Shown here: in pieces, positions 11,293 to 21,001 of the stretch | How positions within the stretch are numbered: the first letter of the stretch is position 1 | Layout of the letters: each line of letters starts with the position of its first letter | Assembly (NCBI GenBank): GCA_943788985.1 | Contig: CALSSJ010000011.1 | Span: forward strand, 128,001-192,000 | Direction of reading: 5' to 3' | DNA: 64,000 bases | From: an uncultured Lentisphaerales bacterium | Lineage (GTDB): Bacteria; Verrucomicrobiota; Lentisphaeria; JABSQK01; UBA12247 | The notes under the pieces: generated by a model | Databases searched by the model: none | What the model was told of the DNA's origin: nothing | The model's input: only the letters and a program-made list of their open reading frames with translations | Position numbers and translations under genes: made by a program

Positions 11293-12797
11293 GTGGCGAA
11301 GCGAAGCCAGACAACGGTGAGGACAAGCCCACAAGCGGCGCTTCTTTACATCCTTCTGGTGGAGAAACTAAGGCCACTGAAGGCAAGCAGCCTGCTGACA
11401 CGTCTGCGAATCCCGCAGAGAAGGCAGCGGAAAATCCCGTAGCGGATAAGAAGGCCGCTGAGGACGAGAAGCCTGCTGACACGTCTGCGAATCCCGCGGA
11501 GAAGGCAGCGGAAAATCCCGTAGCGGATAAGAAGGCCGCTGAGGACGAGAAGCCTGCTGACACGTCTGCGAATCCCGCGGAGAAGGCAGCGGAAAATCCC
11601 GTAGCGGATGCCAAGGAAATCGCGGGCGAGAAGGCTGGCGAGAATGCCGAGATAAAGACAGCGGAGAAGTCGAAGCATCCCGAAAAACTGGATCCGCTGG
11701 CCGAAATTGAGCGGCAGGTAGAGGCAGAGCTGGCGGCGAAGAAAGCCAAGGATTCCGGTGTCGAGGTGCCACCCAGCGCAGAGGACGTACACAAGTCAAT
11801 TGAAGCAGAGCTAAACGCTGAGCTTGAGGCCGCGGCCGCCGCTCGGCGCACGCCCAAAGAGACTGAGAAGAAGACAGTCGAAGCTGGAACTGACTCGAAG
11901 GCCACCGCCAGCAAGGGGGCCGAGAAAGATGGCAAGCCGGCCGTTGGAAAGAACAAGCCAGCCGCTGGAAAAGGAAAGCCCGGTGCCGCTAAGAGCAAGC
12001 CAGGCACTGGAAAGGGCAAGCCAAAAGGTGCCAAGGACAAAGCCGAAGGCGGCAAGGCAGTGTCGCGCAAGAGCGGAGGTGCGCTAGCGAAGCGCAGGCC
12101 CGCGAGTGCTAAGACTCCTGAACAGGAAGCTGAGGAAGCTCGCAACAAGCAGATCGCCAGCAAGCAGGCCGAGATTACCCAGCAGATGAAGAGGAAGCAG
12201 CTAATCGTTTACGGTGTAATTACGCTGCTGACCGCTGTGATTGGCTACGTAATTCTGGGCGGGGACTCCAAGCCCGCCGCCGTCTCGTCACCGCCCCCGC
12301 AGCAGAGGCCTGCGGCGGCTCCGAAGGCCACGCAGAACGCGAGTAAAGATGCTCCCACACCGGCAGCCCAAGAGGCGGATTCGCTCCCTAAGCCAGCTGC
12401 TGCAACCAATTACAAGGTTAAACGCGTACTTCGAGCACTTGAAAAGAAGGCCGGGACGAAATTGCGATCGCAGGACTATATCGGGGCAATTAGCGTCTAT
12501 CGAGATGCCACGACCGCGACGCCAGAGTTGAAGGCGGACTGCGATAAAAGGATCGCCTTCATTGTCGAGAATAATCTTGAAGGCAGCGATCCGCTGCCAC
12601 TTATGGCAAAATGGGATGCCCTCAAGGACCAGGCCCGGGTGCATATCGCCTCAGAGAAGCCGGAGGATCTGCTCGTCGCAATCGGCTTGTTCAAAGCATT
12701 TGGCGAAGAGCATCCGTTGTTTGCCATGAAGGCGACAGAAAACGCGGGCAAGCTCGGGCAGCATTACTTCAAGGTCACCGGCGAGTTTCCGAAGTGA
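11289..12797 (+). CDS. Hypothetical single-pass membrane protein with low-complexity, repeat-containing N-terminus
   Basis: GTGA overlap with the previous gene; 27-aa repeats, K/G/A-rich segment, one TM helix (LIVYGVITLLTAVIGYVIL), helical C-domain. Confidence 0.7.
   Translation: MSGEAKPDNGEDKPTSGASLHPSGGETKATEGKQPADTSANPAEKAAENPVADKKAAEDEKPADTSANPAEKAAENPVADKKAAEDEKPADTSANPAEKAAENPVADAKEIAGEKAGENAEIKTAEKSKHPEKLDPLAEIERQVEAELAAKKAKDSGVEVPPSAEDVHKSIEAELNAELEAAAAARRTPKETEKKTVEAGTDSKATASKGAEKDGKPAVGKNKPAAGKGKPGAAKSKPGTGKGKPKGAKDKAEGGKAVSRKSGGALAKRRPASAKTPEQEAEEARNKQIASKQAEITQQMKRKQLIVYGVITLLTAVIGYVILGGDSKPAAVSSPPPQQRPAAAPKATQNASKDAPTPAAQEADSLPKPAAATNYKVKRVLRALEKKAGTKLRSQDYIGAISVYRDATTATPELKADCDKRIAFIVENNLEGSDPLPLMAKWDALKDQARVHIASEKPEDLLVAIGLFKAFGEEHPLFAMKATENAGKLGQHYFKVTGEFPK
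11389..11609 (+). repeat. 81-bp intragenic tandem repeat, about 2.7 near-identical copies
   Basis: CCTGCTGACACGTCTGCGAATCCCGC recurs at 11391, 11472 and 11553; encodes PADTSANPAEKAAENPVADKKAAEDEK. Confidence 0.95.
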
Positions 12798-12800
12798 CCC

Positions 12801-13220
12801 ATGTCTGAACCGTCTCCAAAGCGCCCACTGCTGCCATTAATCGTGGGCCTACTCATTGCGATGTTCGCACTTTTGATCTGGCAGGGCAACTACTGGTTGC
12901 AGGAAACTATCGATGTAGATCCGTCTGTAGGGCGCGATATGGACACGATCGACACGTCTTCCTACGAGGAAATGCGCGATAAAGCGAATGAAGATTTGGC
13001 TGCTATTCTGGATGGTTTGAAGGAACTGCTGCAGACTCAACTGGTCTCGGAGGCAGAGTTTGAGCAAGAGATTCTATGCTTCATGACTCGCGCTCAGGAG
13101 CTACCTGGGCCTTTTCGCGTGCAGGCGGAAGCCCTGATTATCAATACGTGGAATCTGAGCAGCTTGCAGTGGCTGATTCCTGAACTGCCGACTCTTCACG
13201 GAGTCCCAACAGGTGAGTGA
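12801..13220 (+). CDS. Hypothetical protein with N-terminal TM helix
   Basis: Tightly packed between its neighbours; hydrophobic N-terminus. Confidence 0.65.
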   Translation: MSEPSPKRPLLPLIVGLLIAMFALLIWQGNYWLQETIDVDPSVGRDMDTIDTSSYEEMRDKANEDLAAILDGLKELLQTQLVSEAEFEQEILCFMTRAQELPGPFRVQAEALIINTWNLSSLQWLIPELPTLHGVPTGE

Positions 13221-14001
13221 CGATCACAGCGACTGGGTTGTCGAGCTGTGCAAGGTTATGGCGCAGTTGCGGAATCCGCAGGGCGGCTGTCCGTGGGACT
13301 TGGAGCAGACGCATGAGACTCTGCTCGAATATCTGGTCGAGGAAACGCACGAGTTTATGGACGCCGTGCTTTCCGGAAATGATGCTGAGATGGCGGATGA
13401 ACTCGGCGATGTGCTGCTGCAGGTCGTGTTTCATTGCCAGCTGGCGCAGGAGACGGACCGCTTCGATTTGCAGCAAGTGGCACGGACGATCACGGAGAAG
13501 TTGATTCGCCGCCATCCGCATGTTTTTGGCGATGTCGATGCCAAGGATGCCGAGGTCGTGCTGGCGAATTGGGAGCAGATTAAGAATGAAGAACGGGGAT
13601 TTGTGCGGTCTTCATCACTGGATGGTGTCCCTGCCACTCTGCCTCCAATCCAGAGGGCGGTGAAACTGCAGAAGCGCGCGGCTAAAGTGGGTTTTGATTG
13701 GCCGGATTCTGCCGGCGTCTTCGCCAAGCTTCGCGAGGAGATTGCCGAGATTGAAGAGGCTGTAGCTGAGGATGATGCAGCGGGAGCGCGCGAAGAAGTA
13801 GGCGACCTCATGTTCACACTGATCAATCTCAGCCGCAAGCTGAAGGTGGACCCCACAGTCGCGCTGGCGGATGCGAATCGCAAGTTTGAGTCCCGGTTCC
13901 GCAGCATGGAAACCATGGCTGCGGAGCAGGAGACATCGCTGACAGAGATCACAGACGATGCGCGCGAGACACTCTGGGGCCGGGCGAAGTCTGCAGAATA
14001 G
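13213..14001 (+). CDS. mazG: Nucleoside triphosphate pyrophosphohydrolase MazG
   Basis: GCPWDLEQTH, DELGDVLLQVVFH, KLIRRHPHVF, GFDW and EEVGDLMF motifs. Confidence 0.95.
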   Translation: MSDDHSDWVVELCKVMAQLRNPQGGCPWDLEQTHETLLEYLVEETHEFMDAVLSGNDAEMADELGDVLLQVVFHCQLAQETDRFDLQQVARTITEKLIRRHPHVFGDVDAKDAEVVLANWEQIKNEERGFVRSSSLDGVPATLPPIQRAVKLQKRAAKVGFDWPDSAGVFAKLREEIAEIEEAVAEDDAAGAREEVGDLMFTLINLSRKLKVDPTVALADANRKFESRFRSMETMAAEQETSLTEITDDARETLWGRAKSAE

Positions 14002-14266
14002 GCCCCCGCTTTTGCGAACAAGTGGCACCCCTCTTCCTGCCGAGCTTTGCTCGGTTCGCCGTTAATCCATCAATTGTCCCAAAAGGATTAACCTAAGCCA
14101 GTCCATTCAGGGTGGTTCCAGCTCTCCTGCTGTGGCACTTTCTAATCGTCGCTGGACACATATACGGCCAGATGTGAGTTTTTTGTGGGTCACTCATGTT
14201 GCGCGCTTTGCCTCAGACACTACCGTGTATCCTCCATTTTTCTATACGAGCTTGCCAGAGGTTCTT

Positions 14267-15886
14267 ATGTATCGTTCAGCCGTACTGGTAGCGCTTGCTC
14301 TATGCTTGCCGCTGCCATCACTCTTCGCCAAGTCCGTGGCCGCATTCAAACGTCAGGGGCGGGGAATTCATGAAATCGTAGCGCTTGTCATCATTGGCGA
14401 TCGCTCCGTCGTCCAGGATCTGATGATCTGGGAAGACCTGCAAGCTGACGTGCTCAGCGCTCCGGTCTCAAAGCCAGACATTGAGACGATCGGCAAGACG
14501 ATCCATGGCTGGGTGACCGCACAAGGTTATATCTTCGCGACGGTACAGCATCGGGAAAAAGGGCTGGAGGATGGCTATCTCGCCTATACCGTCAGAGTTG
14601 GCAACCCCGGTGAGATCAGTGTGGTGGGGAACAAGTACTACTCTGCCGACCAGGTCATCAAGAATGTGGGCTTGACGTCCAACAGCAAGTTCGACTTCCG
14701 GTCGTTGCATGAAGATCTGTTTGCGCTGAATACCGAGCCATCTGCCACGGTCGATACCTCGATCGCGCCCAAAGACGAGGTGAAGCTAGCGGTCACAGAC
14801 GAGCTGCTGGTTCATGGCTCGCTGACGCTCAGCAATACGGGCTCACCTTTCGTCGGGGACTGGCGCCTCTGCAGTACGCTGGAACACCTTAATCTTACAA
14901 AACACGATGACATCCTCACTGCGGAGTGGCTCACCAATCCCGAGAACCTGGACGAAGTAAACGCTTTCACCGGCAGATACTATCGGCCTCTCGGCCCGAA
15001 GAACAACGTCACGTTCCACGCTGGCTGGAGCGAAACCGGGTTTAATGTGCTCGAGTTTGATATCCGCGGTCACGGGCGCTTCCTTGGGGCGCACTTCAAC
15101 CGCGTGGTTTACAGTAGCCCAAGGCACACGCTCGACGTGTCCGCAGGCTGGACCTACAAGCAGAGCGAGACGCAGATCGGCTTTGCCAACTCTAACCTCT
15201 ACGCGTCCGTGCTGCGTTTGAGCATGCCCAACGTGACGATTGGTTTCTCAGACAAGGTCTTTGATAGCCTAGGCGGCCGCACTTTCGCCTCCCTTGGTAT
15301 GCTCCGGAACTTCGCCGGCCACTTCGGTGCCTCAGGCATGGATGCTATCCGTCGGAGGTCCGCCAACGCAGACGGTAATCTGACCATCACTAAGTTTCGC
15401 CTGGCACGCTTTCAACGACTCTGCAAGGGGGTGACCTTGGTCGGGAAGATTGACTCTCAGTACACCAATGACTCGCTGGATCCTGTTTTGCAGAAACGCC
15501 TTGGCGGTGCGGACAGCGTGCGTGGATATAGCGAAAGTGAATTCAGCGGCGATAGTGGTTTCAACGGTACCTTGGAGTTGCGCAGCCCGTTGTTCAGCAA
15601 CTTCATCCCGCAACTTTCGCGCACTGAAGAGAAAATCGGAAGTGACCCGGATCATTGGAGCGTGCACCGCCTGCAAGCGATTGGCTTCTATGACTTCGGG
15701 CATATCCACCGGAATTATCGCTTTGCGGGATTAGGCGAGGACGACTCAGCATCTAGTCTGGGGCTGGGGGTTCGCTTCAGGATCTCTCCATACTCACAGC
15801 TGAAGTGCGACTACGGAGTGCCGCTGATTTCCACCGAGAGCAGCCGCGATGGTCGCGGTCATTTGTCCCTCAGTCTGCAGTTCTAA
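14267..15886 (+). CDS. ShlB/FhaC/HecB-family two-partner secretion outer membrane transporter (TpsB)
   Basis: Signal peptide from ATG 14267, POTRA-like region, LGGADSVRGY and FYDFG motifs, C-terminal Phe. Confidence 0.85.
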   Translation: MYRSAVLVALALCLPLPSLFAKSVAAFKRQGRGIHEIVALVIIGDRSVVQDLMIWEDLQADVLSAPVSKPDIETIGKTIHGWVTAQGYIFATVQHREKGLEDGYLAYTVRVGNPGEISVVGNKYYSADQVIKNVGLTSNSKFDFRSLHEDLFALNTEPSATVDTSIAPKDEVKLAVTDELLVHGSLTLSNTGSPFVGDWRLCSTLEHLNLTKHDDILTAEWLTNPENLDEVNAFTGRYYRPLGPKNNVTFHAGWSETGFNVLEFDIRGHGRFLGAHFNRVVYSSPRHTLDVSAGWTYKQSETQIGFANSNLYASVLRLSMPNVTIGFSDKVFDSLGGRTFASLGMLRNFAGHFGASGMDAIRRRSANADGNLTITKFRLARFQRLCKGVTLVGKIDSQYTNDSLDPVLQKRLGGADSVRGYSESEFSGDSGFNGTLELRSPLFSNFIPQLSRTEEKIGSDPDHWSVHRLQAIGFYDFGHIHRNYRFAGLGEDDSASSLGLGVRFRISPYSQLKCDYGVPLISTESSRDGRGHLSLSLQF

Positions 15887-16239
15887 AGAGAGAGCGCCGC
15901 TGCGCTCGCTTTAGGGAAAGTGCAAAGCTATGTCACTGCCATCCCATCGGCTACTTAGATCGTGACTTTACGGTGGTGATTTGATGAGTACTGTCGCCTG
16001 CAGCCTCGACGCTGGCGAAAATAGCCATTGGGGATTCTTTGTGCACTGTACCCCGGGCTAAAGCCCGTCAGTCACTTCCGGCTCAGCCGAGCTTGCGAGA
16101 TAGCCGAGGCAACCCCGCCGGCAACTGCCGCCTTAAGGCGGGACTCCGACAAGCGCCTCGAGGAGGCAGTAGTTTGGGCGCTTGTTTCAGGGGAGAAATG
16201 GCCGAATAACCAATAACCAATAGCTGTAGACCAGCGAGA

Positions 16240-16268
16240 AGCCAACGAACATTAGAAGCTCGTTGGCT
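16240..16268 (-). terminator. Stem-loop just downstream of the acetyl-CoA carboxylase gene (possible terminator)
   Basis: AGCCAACGA (16240-16248) and TCGTTGGCT (16260-16268) are perfect inverted repeats; no clear U-tract. Confidence 0.35.
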
Positions 16269-16277
16269 CTCACACCG

Positions 16278-19200
16278 CTAGACGGGACGCACGACGAAGA
16301 GCAGGTCTCCTGAGCTCACGGCCTGACCCGAAGGAGCAGCAATGCGGACTACCTGGAATTTTTTATCCGGATCATAGATCACTTCATCGGAGCGATTATA
16401 GTCGTTGAGCGTGATGGGACGAAAGACCTTCATGGCTTCGAGCAGGCACACGGTCTGGTCCGTCGTGACGACGTCTCCCGGTTCTACAAACTGAGGATCG
16501 CTGGGAGAAGCTTGGGTGTAGAATATGCCGGTACCAGAGGCCACGACTTTCAATTCATCCGTACCATCGATGCGCAGGGATTCGGCATCAAAGCCACCCT
16601 TGATGTCGCCGGCTGCTGCTTCGATCTCCGCACAGAGTTCGTTGCAGTCAATGCGCTTGAAGAATGCCGGCAGATAGCGCGTGTCGTAATCGCCAGCTAG
16701 GAAGACCTCGTCCTGAAGGACCCGGCAGACCAGTGGGATGTTGGTGCAGATCCCGCAGATTTTTACGGATTGGAGATAGCTGAGCAGTTTTGCGACGGCA
16801 TCGTCGCGGTCTTTTCCTTTGGCGATGATCTGGGCGATCATGCTGTCGTAATATGGCGGAATCTGCTTTCCCGTGGCGGCCATGGTAATGATGTCGACGC
16901 GGTCGTCTTCGGGAAACACGCACTCGGTGATTTCACCGGGGTGTGGTTCGAAGCTGACGTCACCATTGGCATCTACGACAGCTTTTTCGGCATTGACGCG
17001 AGCTTCGATCGCATAGCCAATTTCCTTGGGCTCAATCGCAGAGATCGAACGTCTTGCGGCGATATCAAATTGGCTGGTGACAATGTCCACATCGGAGACA
17101 ATTTCAGTCACGGGATGTTCGACCTGCAGGCGGGTATTCATCTCCATGAAGTAGGCTTCGCCAGACTCCAGGTCGAAGATGTACTCGACAGTGCCGGCAC
17201 CGATATAGTCGATGTCGTCTGCGATCGCGGCAGCGTTCTTGAACATCTGCTGCTTGAGTTTCTCGGGCAGCATCGTGGAGCTAGACTCTTCAAGAATTTT
17301 CTGGTTATTGCGCTGTACGGAGCAATCACGCAGCCCCAATACCTTGGTGGTGCCGTGGCCGTCACGCAGGATTTGGATCTCTACATGACGCAGGGAGACG
17401 ATGCATTTCTCGATATAGACATCGCTGTTGCCGAAGGCGCTTCGGGCTTCGGCTGAGATCTTGAGAAAAGACTCTTCAAGGAGGGCAGGGTCCTCGACGA
17501 TCTGAATCCCCTTTCCGCCACCGCCGTGGACGGCTTTCAGGATGATGGGGTAGTCAATGTTGTCGCAGATGTCTTTGGCCGCGGTCGCCTTGGTCACGAT
17601 ACCGTGGCTCCCGGGGACCACAGGAATTTTGAGCCGCAGGGCAGTGTTGATGGCGTTGGACTTGTTGCCCATCAACTGCATGCTGCGAGCGCTTGGCCCG
17701 AGGAAGTTGATGCCGTGGGCATGGCACATGGCGGAGAAATGCGGGTTCTCAGAGAGAAAGCCAATGCCGGGGTGAAGCGAATCGCACTGCTCGCGCTCGG
17801 CAATACGGACAACGCTGCCGGCGTTGAGATAGCTCTCATCCGAGGTGTTGCCACCGAGGCAGACTAGGGTGTCGTTGTCGCCGAGCATTTCTGCGGGCAC
17901 GGAATCCATATCCGCATCTGATTGGACGAGGACCACCTGAATGTCATTCTTCTGTGCGACGCGCACAAGCTTGACTGCGGTACACCCTCGGGCGTGTATC
18001 AAGACGCGCTTGACCGGCCGGAGCAGGTCCATCGAGTGGGTCATGGTGGCCATTTCCTGCTCTTCGGGCTCACTGCCGATATCGTCAAGGACTCCTTCCT
18101 TCAGGATGCGCATCAGGACGTTGGTCACAGACTCTTCGGCAATCGGGATCGCGCGATCGATTTCGCGGAGCTTGTCGTCCAAGTCGTCGACGAAGGGATG
18201 CCGGACGAGGCCTTGCATAGCACCCGGTGTCTCGGACAGATAGTTCGAGAGCGTAGAGGTGCTGGGCAGGTAGGCCGGAACCACGATTTGGCCGGCAAAT
18301 GGCATATTTGTGCCGGAAAAATAGTAGGTCTGTGCCAGTGGGTGGGTGACAAAGCTCGCCTGCGCGCCACCGGTACAGTCGCCAAACCCGAAGATGATGA
18401 TCGGCAGGTTATTATCCCGCACGAACCGCGTGATTCGGTCGTTTAGGATGGCCATCGAAAAGAGTGACCCTGCTCCTTCCTTGGTCTGCATACCACCGGA
18501 TGAGACGAAAGCGACCACGGCGTGTCGTTTGCGTGCGCAGGTGACGAGCAAGCGACAAAATTTCTCGCAGCTGGCCATATCGAAGGCACCAGCTTGAAAG
18601 TCGAGATTGGAAATGGCGACGCCAACTTTGCGCCGGAGTGGGCCCTTTAGCTGGGCGATTCCAGTGACTAGACCGCATGGCTTGATGTCACGGGACAGCG
18701 CTTGCTCGATAGACAGGCGAAAACCGGGGAACTTAACCGGATCGGCGGTCATTAGGCTGGCGTCGGTTTCTGCGAATGTGGAGAAGAAGGTTTCCTGGAT
18801 GGAGCTGACATTGCTGACGCGCTTCTTTTTGACCCGCTGCAGAAGATCATGAATGAGGATATCTTGGTAGGCTATGGCCAAGCGATTCCAAAAATCCTTC
18901 ATACCCAGATCACGAGGGGTGATGCGCCCCAAATATTCGCGACCGGCAATTTCGCATTCGTAGTACTCAGGCAGCAGGTGCTCGAAGGTAAAGGTGATGA
19001 TCGCAAACAGTGGTTCGGGTATGCGCGGGAATACGACTTTCTTCCAATCTTCTACGGACTTCAAGATACGCCCGCGCTGAGAATGGTGGATGAAATGATT
19101 CAGCCACAGATAGAATTGGTCTTTGAGCTGGTTCTCAATGCGCCGGCTGCCCTCGGTCGCAGGTTGCTTGGCAGCGAGTTCCTTGGCTGCTTTCTCGAGC

Positions 19201-20825
19201 GGCTCTTCGATCAGGCGGCTGATGGAGTCGCGCGAGATCACGTTCTCGTCCTTCACTTCACGCGCAATGGCGATCTGATTGTGGATGATGTTGTCGTAGA
19301 TAAGGTCGAAGATCAGCACATTCTGACACTCTTCGATGAAGCCGTCGCGAAGCTCATCGTGCAGCAGGAGGTCTAGGACCGTGGCGTTGTCGCCGGTGCG
19401 TGCCTTGCGTCCTGGGTTAGAGCGCAGATGATCAATCAGCAGCAACAGGCTGCTGTGGGCACCGGACTTCCAGAGACTGTAGAGGTAAAAGATGACTTGC
19501 AGATAGAGATCGTTCCGCGCCTGCATGAACTTGGTGGACGGATTGCCGCGAAGCAGCTTCATCAGCCGGCCGCGCTCGGCACCCAGCGCATGCCGACGAT
19601 CCATGAATACTTTCCAAGCCTTACTCAGGTGATCATCGTAGCGAATCTCGAGAGGGTTCTCGACCCACTGCTGGAAGGCGTTAGCGTGCTCCATGCGGCG
19701 TCTTTCTGAGAGTTCGCCCTGGGGCACTTCTACGGTTGTGAGCCGGCCGTAGCTCTCGATTGTTGTTGATTGAATGCGCTGGCGCAGGCCGAGGTAGCGC
19801 AGGTAGCGGTAGGTGGATCCAAAGACGCCGAACTGGCTCGGGTTGCGCGGGCGCAACATGCCGGACTGTCGCTCAAACTGTGAGAGTGCGTCGCCGGGCT
19901 CGAGGAAGCGATAGACGCTGCGCGAGTAATGGTCAAAGATCTCCGGACGCTCGCTGACGAATAGGCCAGCGGTCTCTTCGAGGGAGGCGATGCCGCTAGC
20001 GATCGCATCTGTGAGATTTCCTTCGTTCTCTTTCTCGCCGGGGACGTAATCGATAATGCCGTCTACGTAGCCCTGCTTATACAGCTCGTAGGATGAGACG
20101 CCGACGTACTTGGCGCATTCCTGCCATGACAAGTCGTACTTGCGGGCGATGCTTGCCATTCCCGGTGGCTGAATCGTGTTAAACACGCCGTCGCGGACTG
20201 TCAGTAGCAGATTTGTGGTGGCAAGTGGGATTGCGCCGCCAGAATATCCGGCGCCAATCACGATCCCGATTGTTGGGACGTGTAAGAGCGCCATTTCGGC
20301 GATCAGCCGTGAAATCGCGTGTGCTTGATTATCGCGATTGGCCTGGTCACCTGCGTCTGCCCCGGGGGTGTCAATGAGCGTGATCACTGGAAGCGAGAAC
20401 TCGGCAAACTTCTGCACCAGTTCCACGGCTTGGAGGTGGTGAGAGGGGAGCCAGACGCCGTTGTTGGCGGTTCGCTCCTGCCCCAGCACGCCAACTCGCC
20501 GCGGGCTGCCATTGAATAAAATTTCGACCTCGGCTGCGTAAAGCGGGCCATCAATGGTCTCGCGCAGGATCGTGCCAAGGCGCTTTACTGTGGCTTTGGC
20601 CCCTGGTCTGTTCTTCTGTTCAGAAGGCGTGACTGAGCGTGCAATGTAGGCGTCTACAGGCAGCGCTTGTAGCGACTTCACTTGGGCGTGAATGGTTCTC
20701 GCTGGGAGCACGCCCCGCAAGCGTCTCGAGGCTGTCGTGTGGAGGCGGGGGAAAAATGCAGAATCGTTGGATTCCTGCTCCGCCATCTGGAAAAGTTGAT
20801 CAAGCCCGCTCGTTCTCTTGGCCAT
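16278..20825 (-). CDS. Single-chain multidomain acetyl/acyl-CoA carboxylase (AccA-like CT, linker, AccD-like CT, biotin carboxylase, BCCP)
   Basis: AccA-like LIDTPGA and GAGYSGGA; AccD-like SSGGMQTKEG and DCTGGAQASF; BC motifs HPGIGFLSEN, KAVHGGGGKG, RDCSVQRNNQK, EMNTRLQVEHPVTE and YYDSMIAQ; biotinylation motif EAMKV. Confidence 0.92.
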   Translation of the reverse strand: MAKRTSGLDQLFQMAEQESNDSAFFPRLHTTASRRLRGVLPARTIHAQVKSLQALPVDAYIARSVTPSEQKNRPGAKATVKRLGTILRETIDGPLYAAEVEILFNGSPRRVGVLGQERTANNGVWLPSHHLQAVELVQKFAEFSLPVITLIDTPGADAGDQANRDNQAHAISRLIAEMALLHVPTIGIVIGAGYSGGAIPLATTNLLLTVRDGVFNTIQPPGMASIARKYDLSWQECAKYVGVSSYELYKQGYVDGIIDYVPGEKENEGNLTDAIASGIASLEETAGLFVSERPEIFDHYSRSVYRFLEPGDALSQFERQSGMLRPRNPSQFGVFGSTYRYLRYLGLRQRIQSTTIESYGRLTTVEVPQGELSERRRMEHANAFQQWVENPLEIRYDDHLSKAWKVFMDRRHALGAERGRLMKLLRGNPSTKFMQARNDLYLQVIFYLYSLWKSGAHSSLLLLIDHLRSNPGRKARTGDNATVLDLLLHDELRDGFIEECQNVLIFDLIYDNIIHNQIAIAREVKDENVISRDSISRLIEEPLEKAAKELAAKQPATEGSRRIENQLKDQFYLWLNHFIHHSQRGRILKSVEDWKKVVFPRIPEPLFAIITFTFEHLLPEYYECEIAGREYLGRITPRDLGMKDFWNRLAIAYQDILIHDLLQRVKKKRVSNVSSIQETFFSTFAETDASLMTADPVKFPGFRLSIEQALSRDIKPCGLVTGIAQLKGPLRRKVGVAISNLDFQAGAFDMASCEKFCRLLVTCARKRHAVVAFVSSGGMQTKEGAGSLFSMAILNDRITRFVRDNNLPIIIFGFGDCTGGAQASFVTHPLAQTYYFSGTNMPFAGQIVVPAYLPSTSTLSNYLSETPGAMQGLVRHPFVDDLDDKLREIDRAIPIAEESVTNVLMRILKEGVLDDIGSEPEEQEMATMTHSMDLLRPVKRVLIHARGCTAVKLVRVAQKNDIQVVLVQSDADMDSVPAEMLGDNDTLVCLGGNTSDESYLNAGSVVRIAEREQCDSLHPGIGFLSENPHFSAMCHAHGINFLGPSARSMQLMGNKSNAINTALRLKIPVVPGSHGIVTKATAAKDICDNIDYPIILKAVHGGGGKGIQIVEDPALLEESFLKISAEARSAFGNSDVYIEKCIVSLRHVEIQILRDGHGTTKVLGLRDCSVQRNNQKILEESSSTMLPEKLKQQMFKNAAAIADDIDYIGAGTVEYIFDLESGEAYFMEMNTRLQVEHPVTEIVSDVDIVTSQFDIAARRSISAIEPKEIGYAIEARVNAEKAVVDANGDVSFEPHPGEITECVFPEDDRVDIITMAATGKQIPPYYDSMIAQIIAKGKDRDDAVAKLLSYLQSVKICGICTNIPLVCRVLQDEVFLAGDYDTRYLPAFFKRIDCNELCAEIEAAAGDIKGGFDAESLRIDGTDELKVVASGTGIFYTQASPSDPQFVEPGDVVTTDQTVCLLEAMKVFRPITLNDYNRSDEVIYDPDKKFQVVRIAAPSGQAVSSGDLLFVVRPV

Positions 20826-21001
20826 TGTCTTCCCGCATCAAATTAAAGGTCTGGTGGGCGGGGTCGTCCCGCACCGAAAGGGTACCGCGCAGCAACGGCT
20901 TTGCAAACCTGAACGGAGGCTTCTGGGGCTCGTCTTGGTCATTGACTGGGCTAAGTTTCCATCCCTTACACTAGAGAGCCGCATTTGCACAGCAGAGCAA
21001 G

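Noticed and set aside
11389..11609. Possible CRISPR array
   Set aside because: Head-to-tail in-frame 81-bp units with no unique spacers and no cas genes
14021..14150. Sigma54 promoters (TGGCAC) upstream of tpsB
   Set aside because: Neither TGGCAC has GC at the correct -12 spacing
20826..20985. Riboswitch (for example c-di-GMP-I) upstream of the carboxylase
   Set aside because: Small hairpins and GCAAAGCC/GAAA-like words occur, but not in the required order and strand; an Infernal scan would be needed
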